Shown in pieces: positions 28,861 through 37,285 of a stretch of 64,000 bases of DNA (the first letter of the stretch is position 1; every line of letters begins with the position of its first letter). This DNA is from a virus. Its lineage: Duplodnaviria; Caudoviricetes. The notes below the pieces were generated by a model. That model was not told the origin of the DNA. It did no database searches and saw only the letters and a program-made list of their open reading frames with translations. The stretch spans positions 1-64,000 of the IMG/VR virus record IMGVR_UViG_2808606549_000001; one strand, 5' to 3'. The translations under genes were made by a program, and so were the position numbers.

Positions 28861-31125
28861 TTGCCATTAAGCAACAATAAATTATTAAAATTATCTTTCA
28901 AACATAAAGACCAGCCAGATAAGCCCAATATGACAACAGAGCAGTTTAAAGCTGCCGTAGATAGTCAGGCAGAAGAACTACAGGCGAAACATAATAGTTT
29001 AATCGATGAGTTGGAAGGGATGGGAATATCAACTCGATCCGATCTTGATAAACACGGATATGATATTACGAGCGCAAAGTACGGAGCTATTAATAGCGGA
29101 TCTATCGATACCAGTCAGGCGTTTATATTTGCGTCCTTCGATTTGACGGCTATCGGCGGGGGCGAAATGTATGTTCCACCTGGCACATACCGAATTTCTG
29201 CGAATGTGGATATACCCAGTGGGGTTGTTGTCGTATTAGCGAATGGGGCGCGCATTTCCGTGGACACAGGCTTTACCTTTAAGGCCAATATACAGGCTCG
29301 CCCATCAAGCAATATCTTCACTGGACCTGGGACGGTATTACTGCCTTATACGAAGGAGATTTATCCGCAGTGGTTTGGGGCTAAACCGGATGGAGCGACC
29401 GAGAATTCCGCAGCTATCAATAACATGCTGGCTTCGTCGGATAGTTGCGACATGATATTTACGGCTGGAGTGTATCTTGTCGAAACAGATATCACAGTTT
29501 TGAAACCGGACGTGAGGCTAATCGGTCGTGGCGCAACTATTAAATCGTTGAATGCGACGGCGGGACGATTGGCCGTAAAAAGCTGCAAGGAAATAAGTGG
29601 ATTCACTTTCGACCGCGCGACGATCTACGTGCCGTATGATTACGATAATGGGTTTATGCGCATACAGTTCAACAAGTTTTTGAATACTGGGCTGTCGATT
29701 TATTTCGGGTGCGGTTTTAGTCGATGGGCTCAAAATGTTCATATACTCTGGAACGAATTCAACGGGTGCTCTTATGCGGTTTATGGCGCTCTCACAAACG
29801 GCCTAATCGCTTTTAACAAAATGTCGAATTCACTTAGCCGGAACATCGAATTGGCCGCTGGAGACGATACCGTTATTTTAGGAAATCGAATCGATGGCGG
29901 GATTACTGCGATTAGTTTTCTTTGTTCGCGTGATCTTACAGGTGGGAAAGGTGCTCACAATGTCGTTATCTCTGAAAACGTCGTATCCAATGTTTCAGAA
30001 GAAGCGATTGGTTGCGATCTTCGAGGGAACACATCGGGGAAAACTGGAACAGTAAAAACTGGAACTATCACCGCTTATTACAGGGACACTCCTGGGAGGC
30101 AAATCGTTCCCGACTTCGCATTTACCAACTACCAATACTTGCGCTACTACGTCGTCATGCTGACTGGCAAATCGAAAGGGAAAATCTATGAAATTGACTA
30201 CATGGGACCTACTGGAGTTGAAATGTTCCAGCTCTCCGAAGGTTCGACCAGCACTTCGCAGCCGGATGTTGCCGTTGGAGACAAGTTTGTTATCCAAGTG
30301 CCGTATCTTGGATTCGTCATCTCAAACAATGTGATCCATAACTGCACGACGGGTATTTCGTTATGGGGCAATTCCTTTCATACGCGGATCGTGAACAACC
30401 GCATACGGAATACGCCCAATGCTGCCGTCGCTATCAATACGCTATATGGGTTCGTGGATGGTGGTTATGGATGCTGCTTCCACAATACCATCGAAGGCAA
30501 CGAGATTATGAAGGGGAACATCCAAGTCACAGGGTTTGACAAGTATGGCGCTGCTGACCTCCCTTCCTATGGAAATCAGATTATCAATAACCGAATTCAG
30601 CATGGCACCATCACCTATTCCCGTCAGAACGACTTTTTGATAGAAGGGAATATCTGTGATGACCTAATTGTGGAATATTGCGGGAATACCTTGCCAGATG
30701 CCAGTCAGCAATACGCTGGGCGGACTCGCGTAATTGTGGATTCAGGAATCAAGCAGCGAGAGCGTGTTAACGTTACATCTGGGGCGACATCAAGTGGCAA
30801 TATAACCATTTCGCTTGGTGGAGCTAACTACCAAATTGCTGTTGTTACAGGTGACACTCCAAGCACTATAGCGAGCAAAATCAATGCGGCCACGTTCAAT
30901 GGCTTTACAACCGAATATATAGGTGGAGCGACTTCGGTAAAGTTCATTTCAACTTCGCTAGGATCGAAACCGACTGGATCGTTCAACGCAGGAACGACGG
31001 GCGCAGCAGGTACATTCTCGACAATTGCTTTGGGAAGCAATGGTTCAGGCGTCGCAGATACTGCCTATGTTTGCCTTAAGTCCGCGACCGGAACCTATTC
31101 ATGGAAACCACTCACCAACGGTTAA
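28861..31125 (+). CDS. Tailspike with right-handed beta-helix (pectin-lyase-like depolymerase)
   Basis: YGA...DT..F...GGG.MYVPPGTY and WFGAKPDG..EN..AI motifs; repeated I.NN.I beta-helix rungs; SD AGGAGG plus TTG at 28861. Confidence 0.85.
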   Translation: MPLSNNKLLKLSFKHKDQPDKPNMTTEQFKAAVDSQAEELQAKHNSLIDELEGMGISTRSDLDKHGYDITSAKYGAINSGSIDTSQAFIFASFDLTAIGGGEMYVPPGTYRISANVDIPSGVVVVLANGARISVDTGFTFKANIQARPSSNIFTGPGTVLLPYTKEIYPQWFGAKPDGATENSAAINNMLASSDSCDMIFTAGVYLVETDITVLKPDVRLIGRGATIKSLNATAGRLAVKSCKEISGFTFDRATIYVPYDYDNGFMRIQFNKFLNTGLSIYFGCGFSRWAQNVHILWNEFNGCSYAVYGALTNGLIAFNKMSNSLSRNIELAAGDDTVILGNRIDGGITAISFLCSRDLTGGKGAHNVVISENVVSNVSEEAIGCDLRGNTSGKTGTVKTGTITAYYRDTPGRQIVPDFAFTNYQYLRYYVVMLTGKSKGKIYEIDYMGPTGVEMFQLSEGSTSTSQPDVAVGDKFVIQVPYLGFVISNNVIHNCTTGISLWGNSFHTRIVNNRIRNTPNAAVAINTLYGFVDGGYGCCFHNTIEGNEIMKGNIQVTGFDKYGAADLPSYGNQIINNRIQHGTITYSRQNDFLIEGNICDDLIVEYCGNTLPDASQQYAGRTRVIVDSGIKQRERVNVTSGATSSGNITISLGGANYQIAVVTGDTPSTIASKINAATFNGFTTEYIGGATSVKFISTSLGSKPTGSFNAGTTGAAGTFSTIALGSNGSGVADTAYVCLKSATGTYSWKPLTNG

Positions 31126-31137
31126 AGGGGGTTAAAT

Positions 31138-31437
31138 ATGCGCGTTTCATCCAAACAATTGAAGATCAAGTCCTTACAAGAAGTGGAGACCACCATTACG
31201 GCAGAACACGAGGAAATCACTGCTATACTGGAAGATAAGACTGTCCGTAAAGTATCCGTAATGATTCTATATACCAGGGGCGACGGCTCGGAAATTGAAA
31301 CTAAAACATATGATATTGTCGGCGGCAACTATGGCTTACTCATGAGCGAATCACCTGATTTTGCCCCAGGCAAGCCGCTCAATGAGTACCGAGAAGATGA
31401 TTTGTGGTACATCATCGGCCTAATGGATACTCAATAG
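31138..31437 (+). CDS. Hypothetical protein (possible tailspike chaperone)
   Basis: SD GGGGG; directly after the tailspike and before a terminator. Confidence 0.6.
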   Translation: MRVSSKQLKIKSLQEVETTITAEHEEITAILEDKTVRKVSVMILYTRGDGSEIETKTYDIVGGNYGLLMSESPDFAPGKPLNEYREDDLWYIIGLMDTQ

Positions 31438-31449
31438 AATAATTTCTTC

Positions 31450-31479
31450 AAAAGGTAGTCATTAAGTTGACTACCTTTT
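31450..31479 (+). terminator. Intrinsic terminator
   Basis: AAAAGGTAGTCA-TTAAGT-TGACTACCTTTT. Confidence 0.75.
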
Positions 31480-31525
31480 ATTTTTTATGATTGAAGATAC
31501 TTTCGGGAAGTAGGTTGTTTGTTAA

Positions 31526-32014
31526 ATGGAATATTTGAGGATCATGGCAGAGTCTACAAAGACAACTTTTATAAAAATGTTTACTGATTCAGTATTTTAT
31601 GTTGGCGGAGTTTCAATTGGAGTAATTTGCTATTTGACGGGACTTACGCCACAGCAAATTGGAAGTGCGTTTGTTCTCATTATATTAGATATTATTTCGA
31701 GAGTCTGGGCAGAAAAGGCCAACAATAGACCTATCATTTCCAGAAAGATGTATGCTGGATTTAGTGGCAAAGTAATGGCTTATATTATTCTTCTTATTGC
31801 TGCAAACCAAATCTTTTTTATTGGTGAGTACTTGCAATATGTTATTCTTTCCGGTTTTGGCTTAATTGAGATTCGCAGCATATACGAGAACTTAGTCGAT
31901 GCCAAGCAGAAGCACTTGGATATAATCGGAGATAAAATTAATCAAGAAATAGAAAATTTCAAAGCGAAGCCGAATGAAGAATTCACAAAACCAAATGATA
32001 CAAATACACAATAA
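31526..32014 (+). CDS. Holin (phage holin 4 family-like)
   Basis: Several transmembrane segments; LDI.S...I.S.....G...K...E..SI.EN motif; upstream of the amidase. Confidence 0.8.
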   Translation: MEYLRIMAESTKTTFIKMFTDSVFYVGGVSIGVICYLTGLTPQQIGSAFVLIILDIISRVWAEKANNRPIISRKMYAGFSGKVMAYIILLIAANQIFFIGEYLQYVILSGFGLIEIRSIYENLVDAKQKHLDIIGDKINQEIENFKAKPNEEFTKPNDTNTQ

Positions 32015-32132
32015 AAGACAACATTATCATCATCGCCCTGCTTGAGCATCAGAAAGATATATGTTGTCCTAGGTTTGATTATAAAACAAAGTTTATAAAA
32101 TTACAACACTTCACTAGAGAGGATATTACACC

Positions 32133-32954
32133 ATGATCAAGAAGGGAAACTTCCAACTGTTTGAATCAATTGATGAATTCGCAGATTGGCTGTCTAAAGA
32201 GAATATCACAAGACGGATCTCCACATTGCAAGTTCATCATACTGCCTCTCCTAACTACACAACAAGAAAAAATCAGGATTATTTCGCGTGTCTCGAAGGT
32301 ATGCGAAATTTTCATATCAATACAAATGGTTGGACTGCAACGGGTCAGAACATCACTACTTTCGAGGATGGTAAGATTGCTCTGTCACTAGATAGAGATC
32401 TGAATAAGACTCCAGCAGGTATCAAGGGCGCGAATGAATCTGCAATTTGTATTGAGAATATAGGCAACTTCGACAAAGGAGGAGACTCGATTACTCAAAT
32501 CCAGAAGGATACAATCGTGAAATTGTATGCCCTCCTCGCTCTAAAACTCAGTATTCCTGTTGATACGGATCATATCGTTTATCATGCTTGGTATGATGAA
32601 TCAGGTAAGCGACTGAAAGATTATACTCCTGGCCAATCATCGAAAACATGTCCAGGAACTAATTTCTTTGGCACAGGTAACACTATTGCTTCAGCGAACA
32701 CTTCTTTTATCCCAATGGTCAGAGATGAAGTACTAAAAATTAAAAATAAAAAGGTGGAAGAAATTTTGAATACTTTCAGTAAGTACTTCGACGACGTGAC
32801 TAAGCAATATCAGGCTGCTTCCATAGATTCCGCAAAAGATAAGGGTTTTATCACTGGAGTAGACGCGAAGCATTTTAACCCTGATGGCAACGTAACACGT
32901 GGCGACTTAGCCGTTATTATTAACCGTGTCGTAGACTATATCCTTAAACACTAA
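32133..32954 (+). CDS. Endolysin: N-acetylmuramoyl-L-alanine amidase (Amidase_2) with C-terminal SLH domain
   Basis: VHHTA...ICIE..GNFD...YH...KTCPG; GFITG....FNPDGNVTRGDLAVIINR SLH motif. Confidence 0.9.
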   Translation: MIKKGNFQLFESIDEFADWLSKENITRRISTLQVHHTASPNYTTRKNQDYFACLEGMRNFHINTNGWTATGQNITTFEDGKIALSLDRDLNKTPAGIKGANESAICIENIGNFDKGGDSITQIQKDTIVKLYALLALKLSIPVDTDHIVYHAWYDESGKRLKDYTPGQSSKTCPGTNFFGTGNTIASANTSFIPMVRDEVLKIKNKKVEEILNTFSKYFDDVTKQYQAASIDSAKDKGFITGVDAKHFNPDGNVTRGDLAVIINRVVDYILKH

Positions 32955-32980
32955 TTACGATTGTCAAAGGAGGAATAAGT

Positions 32981-33376
32981 ATGGAATTCGTATATGTGAT
33001 TTCTGCACTTGTATTTATCATTGTCGTTACGCTGGGAATCAAATATGCAAAAGAAAAGAATATCATTTCTGATAGTGACATTAGTGTAGTTACGGATGTG
33101 ATTAGTATCGCAAAGAATGTAATAAGTGATCTTGACCTCAACGAAAAAACTAAAACATCTATTTCAACTGTGCTCGATATTTCCGATTCGGTTTCGGATT
33201 ATGTTCATAACCTAAGTAGCGCTGTAAATGTTGAAGATAAGGAAGGTCTTGCTTTAGACGTAGTAAATAAGATTCTATCTATTCTCCGGATTCCGGTTTC
33301 TGATAAGGATAAAGGGTTGATTGCGATCGTTATTCATGAATCGATAAAATATCTAGAAGGCAAAGACCTGGTTTAA
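32981..33376 (+). CDS. Holin-like membrane protein
   Basis: Single N-terminal transmembrane helix; follows the endolysin. Confidence 0.55.
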   Translation: MEFVYVISALVFIIVVTLGIKYAKEKNIISDSDISVVTDVISIAKNVISDLDLNEKTKTSISTVLDISDSVSDYVHNLSSAVNVEDKEGLALDVVNKILSILRIPVSDKDKGLIAIVIHESIKYLEGKDLV

Positions 33377-33386
33377 TGTAGAGTCG

Positions 33387-33404
33387 ATAAAAGACAAATT
33401 TCAT
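33387..33404. repeat. Junction site ATAAAA-GACAAA-TTTCAT at the end of the lysis cassette
   Basis: Perfect consensus copy (CG-ATAAAA-N6-TTTCAT-G) 10 bp after the stop, oriented with + strand genes. Confidence 0.7.
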
Positions 33405-33470
33405 GCACATTTTACGTTCAAAAAACGGAGTGTGAGTGAGTAAAATGAAGAAAATAGAAGGTAACTTTTT

Positions 33471-33500
33471 GGGGACTTCGGCAATCGGAGTCCTCTTTTT
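33471..33500 (+). terminator. Late-operon terminator
   Basis: GGGGACTTCG-GCAAT-CGGAGTCCTC followed by a T-tract. Confidence 0.7.
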
Positions 33501-33614
33501 ATTTCTTAAGAGATAAGTGCCTGACGCCTGAACGCTTTGCGTCCACTTGTCCGCCCCACCGCTGAAGCGGCAGGTCGTTAACTATTATTTTAAAGATGAT
33601 GAGGAGAGATTTTT

Positions 33615-33842
33615 TTGAACGAATTGTTTTATACGCAAAGTACAAATTTAGCTGCTTACCTAGTGATGAACGGATTTGAAATTGTAGGCGTGCGAAAACC
33701 AAACGGACGGTCAACTACGATTTACTTTAACAAGACAGATGCTCTTCATGATTGCGTTAGAACTTATAACACTGAAGATCAACTAAAGAAATTCATTTCT
33801 GCATTCAAAACAGTAAAAGAAAAAATCAACTATCACAATTGA
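33615..33842 (+). CDS. Small DUF5659-like protein
   Basis: S..LAAYL...GF.........T..YF..T..L...V..Y pattern; SD GAGGAG. Confidence 0.6.
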   Translation: MNELFYTQSTNLAAYLVMNGFEIVGVRKPNGRSTTIYFNKTDALHDCVRTYNTEDQLKKFISAFKTVKEKINYHN

Positions 33843-33876
33843 CTTATTTATTATACGTTTAGGGGTTGTATTATTT

Positions 33877-34488
33877 ATGCTTGAAGATAAATACGGGAAA
33901 CACGGAGAACAGTTTTATGATGTAGAGACTGGAAAAATAGTTGAATTAGATGAGTTATCAAAAGCTATAAATGAAAGCATACAAGAGGAATATGCGAAAG
34001 GCGTTAGTTATTTAGTTAGTTTGGGAATGAAAATACCTCTTCGCTTAGTAAAGGCAAGAAACGGCGAAAGTTATAATATTATTAACATCAAGGAAAGGTT
34101 CCATTTCACAAAAATATTTAAGACGGATGTGAGATTCGTGCTAGACGAGTTCAAATTAAGTGTCTATAGTCGAGCATTTCTTTATTCTCTTCTACCCTAC
34201 CTTTACTTTCCTACAAATACAGTCATAATTGACGGAAAGAATCCAGAGATCGATGACTTGATGAAACTCGTGGGAATTGGAAAATCTAAAATTTATGAAG
34301 TAATGAATGAGCTAGAAAATTTGAATATCATCAAAAGAGAAAAAGTGAATGGTAAACTTATTATTTATTTTAATCCATTCCTTCATTCTTGCGGACTTGT
34401 TGATACGGAAACATATAAATTGTTTGAGAATAGTATATTTAATCCACTCCATGATATGACTAAAGGAGTCCAAGAAGTAAGAACGTAA
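33877..34488 (+). CDS. RepL-like winged-helix protein (Firmicutes plasmid replication/maintenance family)
   Basis: FYDVETG, F.KIF, HTH GIGKSKIYEVMNELENLNII, YFNP. Confidence 0.65.
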   Translation: MLEDKYGKHGEQFYDVETGKIVELDELSKAINESIQEEYAKGVSYLVSLGMKIPLRLVKARNGESYNIINIKERFHFTKIFKTDVRFVLDEFKLSVYSRAFLYSLLPYLYFPTNTVIIDGKNPEIDDLMKLVGIGKSKIYEVMNELENLNIIKREKVNGKLIIYFNPFLHSCGLVDTETYKLFENSIFNPLHDMTKGVQEVRT

Positions 34489-34613
34489 TTATGTAAATTA
34501 TGCGAATTCACCTTATATTTCAAGGGATAATAGCCACTTTTTGATTCCGTATTACGGAATTGCAAGTATTACCTCATGGAAAATCGATTAAAGTATATGT
34601 GAATAGCAGAATT

Positions 34614-34648
34614 GGAGTCACCTGAAATTATGGGTGGCTCCTTTTTTT
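34614..34648 (+). terminator. Intrinsic terminator
   Basis: GGAGTCACC...GGTGGCTCC followed by T7. Confidence 0.7.
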
Positions 34649-34758
34649 ATCAAAATTCATCTGTTCAATCAATAGCCATCATCCAGGAAAGAAAAGTGTT
34701 CCATTTTAACTTTTTATGATACAATGTGTATCAAATAGCTATAGGGAGATGCGGATTA

Positions 34759-36093
34759 ATGGGCGTGTATCAATTCGGAGAGTTGGCTTTTTTGGTATCT
34801 TTGATCGCATCAGTATTTTTGCCGATGAGATTTGCGCTGATAGCATATGTTGTTATGTGCAACATCGATATGCCAGGAATCGGAAACATAGTAAAAATAT
34901 TGATCGTCCCCGTGATCTTGCTTTTTCGACTTAACCGTATGAATAAACATAACCACTCAAATGAAAACCCTAAAATAGTTCAGGTTCCATATTTATTTTG
35001 GGGAATCTTTCTGGCATACTCCATTTTCGCAATTGCATGGTCACCTATCAATTATACGGCTGGAATCAAATTTTCCGCAAACTTAATAGGCATTTTGTTG
35101 TTTTATCTTGTATTTAAGAGAGCAAATGCCAACGATTTTTTAAATGCTCGATTTCTTACTGCTTCTATTGTAAGTACTCTCGCATTGGGTATCATTCAAA
35201 CATATATCCTTGATTCGACATATGGTTCAGAATATTCACGGTTTACCGGATTCATGGCTTCTCAGCCTTATGCAGCTTTCCTAGTAGGCTTGCTAATACT
35301 GGTGATCTGGAATAATCAATACAGAATTCCAACTAAATTAATTTTATCGGTTTCTCTGATTACTGCTTTGATACTAAACGGCAGTAGAACATGGTTTATC
35401 GGAGCTTGCATTGTATTGGCTGTATTATCATTATCCACAGTACTTACCAGTTCTCTTCATATAAGCATCGTATCTTTTGTATTGTTAATTGTTATAGTTG
35501 GAGGGTCTTTGTTCTATAATTATGCAATGCAAAACCAAGAACGACTTGAAAATTCAAATCGTTTATTCCAGGGATTTTACACTCTTACTGGTCAAGATAG
35601 TAACAAAGGAACAATCGGTTTCCGAAAAAACATGAACGAAGGAATGATCGACGAGATTAAGCATAGCACAGAACTTAAGTTATTTTTCGGGCATGGCACA
35701 TCAAGTTCTGAGTACGTAGCCAGAAAATACGAATCATATCAATTCCATGGCGATAATGTTGACTCCAATCGGGTTGCTCATAACGAGTGGCTTCGAATTA
35801 CTTACGAATTTGGCATCCTCGGTATGATGTTCTGGGTATCGTTTTTGTTAAGTTGTTTCTTCTACCTTGTAAGTAAGGGGTATCAGGTAGCGCCCATTCT
35901 TGCATACGGTGGTGGGATGCTTGTCGCTCTGACATCCGAGAATGTGATCATGGGAGCTGGTACAGTCGGGTTATGCGGCCTTATGATCGTAATAGCATCA
36001 AAACAGAAGAAAAGCGTAAGTGTGGATTCTACTCCAGCAGTGACAAGAACCATGATGAGACAGATGAATAGTAGGCTAAGTTTAAATAAGTGA
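34759..36093 (+). CDS. O-antigen ligase/polymerase (Wzy_C-like) polytopic membrane protein
   Basis: About 11-12 transmembrane segments; GSRT, FFGHG and AHNEWLRITYEFGILG signatures; own extended -10 (TGATACAAT). Confidence 0.8.
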   Translation: MGVYQFGELAFLVSLIASVFLPMRFALIAYVVMCNIDMPGIGNIVKILIVPVILLFRLNRMNKHNHSNENPKIVQVPYLFWGIFLAYSIFAIAWSPINYTAGIKFSANLIGILLFYLVFKRANANDFLNARFLTASIVSTLALGIIQTYILDSTYGSEYSRFTGFMASQPYAAFLVGLLILVIWNNQYRIPTKLILSVSLITALILNGSRTWFIGACIVLAVLSLSTVLTSSLHISIVSFVLLIVIVGGSLFYNYAMQNQERLENSNRLFQGFYTLTGQDSNKGTIGFRKNMNEGMIDEIKHSTELKLFFGHGTSSSEYVARKYESYQFHGDNVDSNRVAHNEWLRITYEFGILGMMFWVSFLLSCFFYLVSKGYQVAPILAYGGGMLVALTSENVIMGAGTVGLCGLMIVIASKQKKSVSVDSTPAVTRTMMRQMNSRLSLNK

Positions 36094-36100
36094 GGAAATT

Positions 36101-36126
36101 GGAGCGATCATATCGCTCCTTTTTTA
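36101..36126 (+). terminator. Terminator at the convergence of the two gene arms
   Basis: GGAGCGAT-CAT-ATCGCTCC followed by a T-tract. Confidence 0.75.
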
Positions 36127-36148
36127 TTACTTATGCCTACTTAGAACC

Positions 36149-36283
36149 TCATCCAATGAGCGCCACTAGGCCATTCATATTAAGTATCTTCGTCCATTCA
36201 TCTCTCACTATTTTATTTATTACTTCTTTTGGATTACTCCCATTGTGAATCAAGTTTATGCGATATGGTTTTTTCTTCTTCAT
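36149..36283 (-). CDS. Small basic protein (44 aa)
   Basis: SD GAAGGAG plus ATG; MKKKKPYRINLIHNG... Confidence 0.5.
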   Translation of the reverse strand: MKKKKPYRINLIHNGSNPKEVINKIVRDEWTKILNMNGLVALIG

Positions 36284-36293
36284 GAAATCTCCT

Positions 36294-37160
36294 TCACAAT
36301 ATGAACTCCTGGAAAGTTGGTGATCTGAGTTTGCCACTTCTCGTCAGCGACTGATATTTTACTTTACATGAGATAACAGGATCAAGGAAAATCCAATCCC
36401 TATTCTCCCCTGTCTTTATCTGCTTTGCAATCCTAAAGAATGCTTTTCTTGCCTCAGAGGAAGGTGGGAACTCAATAACACCTCTATACTCCCCATCGCT
36501 GCTCAGGCTCCATCCAAATTCCTTTTTGCGGATACCTGTTATCTGAAAAGTGTCATATTGATAATTCTTCGTTTTAACCCATACATTCTGTGGCCTGGAA
36601 TCAATGTAATAACGTGATTTAACCGTATTGGATATGTTTTTAGATACGATGCCTTCGAGACCGAGGCTCTGAACGTTCTCAAACAGCCCTAGACCGTCTT
36701 TACTCATGGAGGTGGCGGATAGAGCGTCAGAGGGTGTGACGATATCCTGGAGGATGCCTAGACGGTCTAGGAGGCTGCTCGAAGTTAAGTCTCCCCCATC
36801 ACATAAGATAATATCCCACACAACAAAATGAGCTGGCATCGTTTTGGTGAGAGTGTTCACCTTGGCTGCATTCTTGGTGAGTAGTCGAGTTATTGAGTCT
36901 TCCCATGATGGCTTACCCTCATAGAAGCAAATACACTCTCCATCGAGAATAGCCGTCTTACAATTTAACCGGATACGTTGGAGTTCAGGGAATCGATCAG
37001 TAACCTCATTCCCTTCCCTAGTCCATGTACGAACCGAACCATTATCGTAATGAATGAGTATACGGAAACCATCCCATTTAACTTGATGAATCCATTTGTC
37101 ACCGGACATTATTGTTGAGGATGGGTGAAGTAACATTGGTTTAATTGGTGTGTTGAGCAT
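36294..37160 (-). CDS. ATP-dependent DNA ligase (LigD ligase-domain-like)
   Basis: KWDGFR adenylation motif; LDGE, WDI, EGIVSK, WVKTK, LRSP. Confidence 0.9.
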   Translation of the reverse strand: MLNTPIKPMLLHPSSTIMSGDKWIHQVKWDGFRILIHYDNGSVRTWTREGNEVTDRFPELQRIRLNCKTAILDGECICFYEGKPSWEDSITRLLTKNAAKVNTLTKTMPAHFVVWDIILCDGGDLTSSSLLDRLGILQDIVTPSDALSATSMSKDGLGLFENVQSLGLEGIVSKNISNTVKSRYYIDSRPQNVWVKTKNYQYDTFQITGIRKKEFGWSLSSDGEYRGVIEFPPSSEARKAFFRIAKQIKTGENRDWIFLDPVISCKVKYQSLTRSGKLRSPTFQEFIL

Positions 37161-37239
37161 AAAACAACCCTCCATGATATTTACGGTATCACAGAGGGCC
37201 GTATGGTTACATAGTGGGTTATTGGGAAGTTCTTAATTG

Positions 37240-37285
37240 CATGGTTTTGTAATATAATATGAGCAAATTATGCTACAAAACCATG
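37240..37285. other. Candidate attP for the serine integrase
   Basis: 46-bp imperfect inverted repeat (CATGGTTTTGTA...TACAAAACCATG; 19 of 22 positions symmetric) around a central AG at 37262-37263; overlaps the integrase stop. Confidence 0.65.

Noticed and set aside
32011-32070. ATAAAA-GACAAC-ATTATC at the holin stop
   Set aside because: The right arm is poor; better explained as part of a GACAACAT/ATGTTGTC hairpin.
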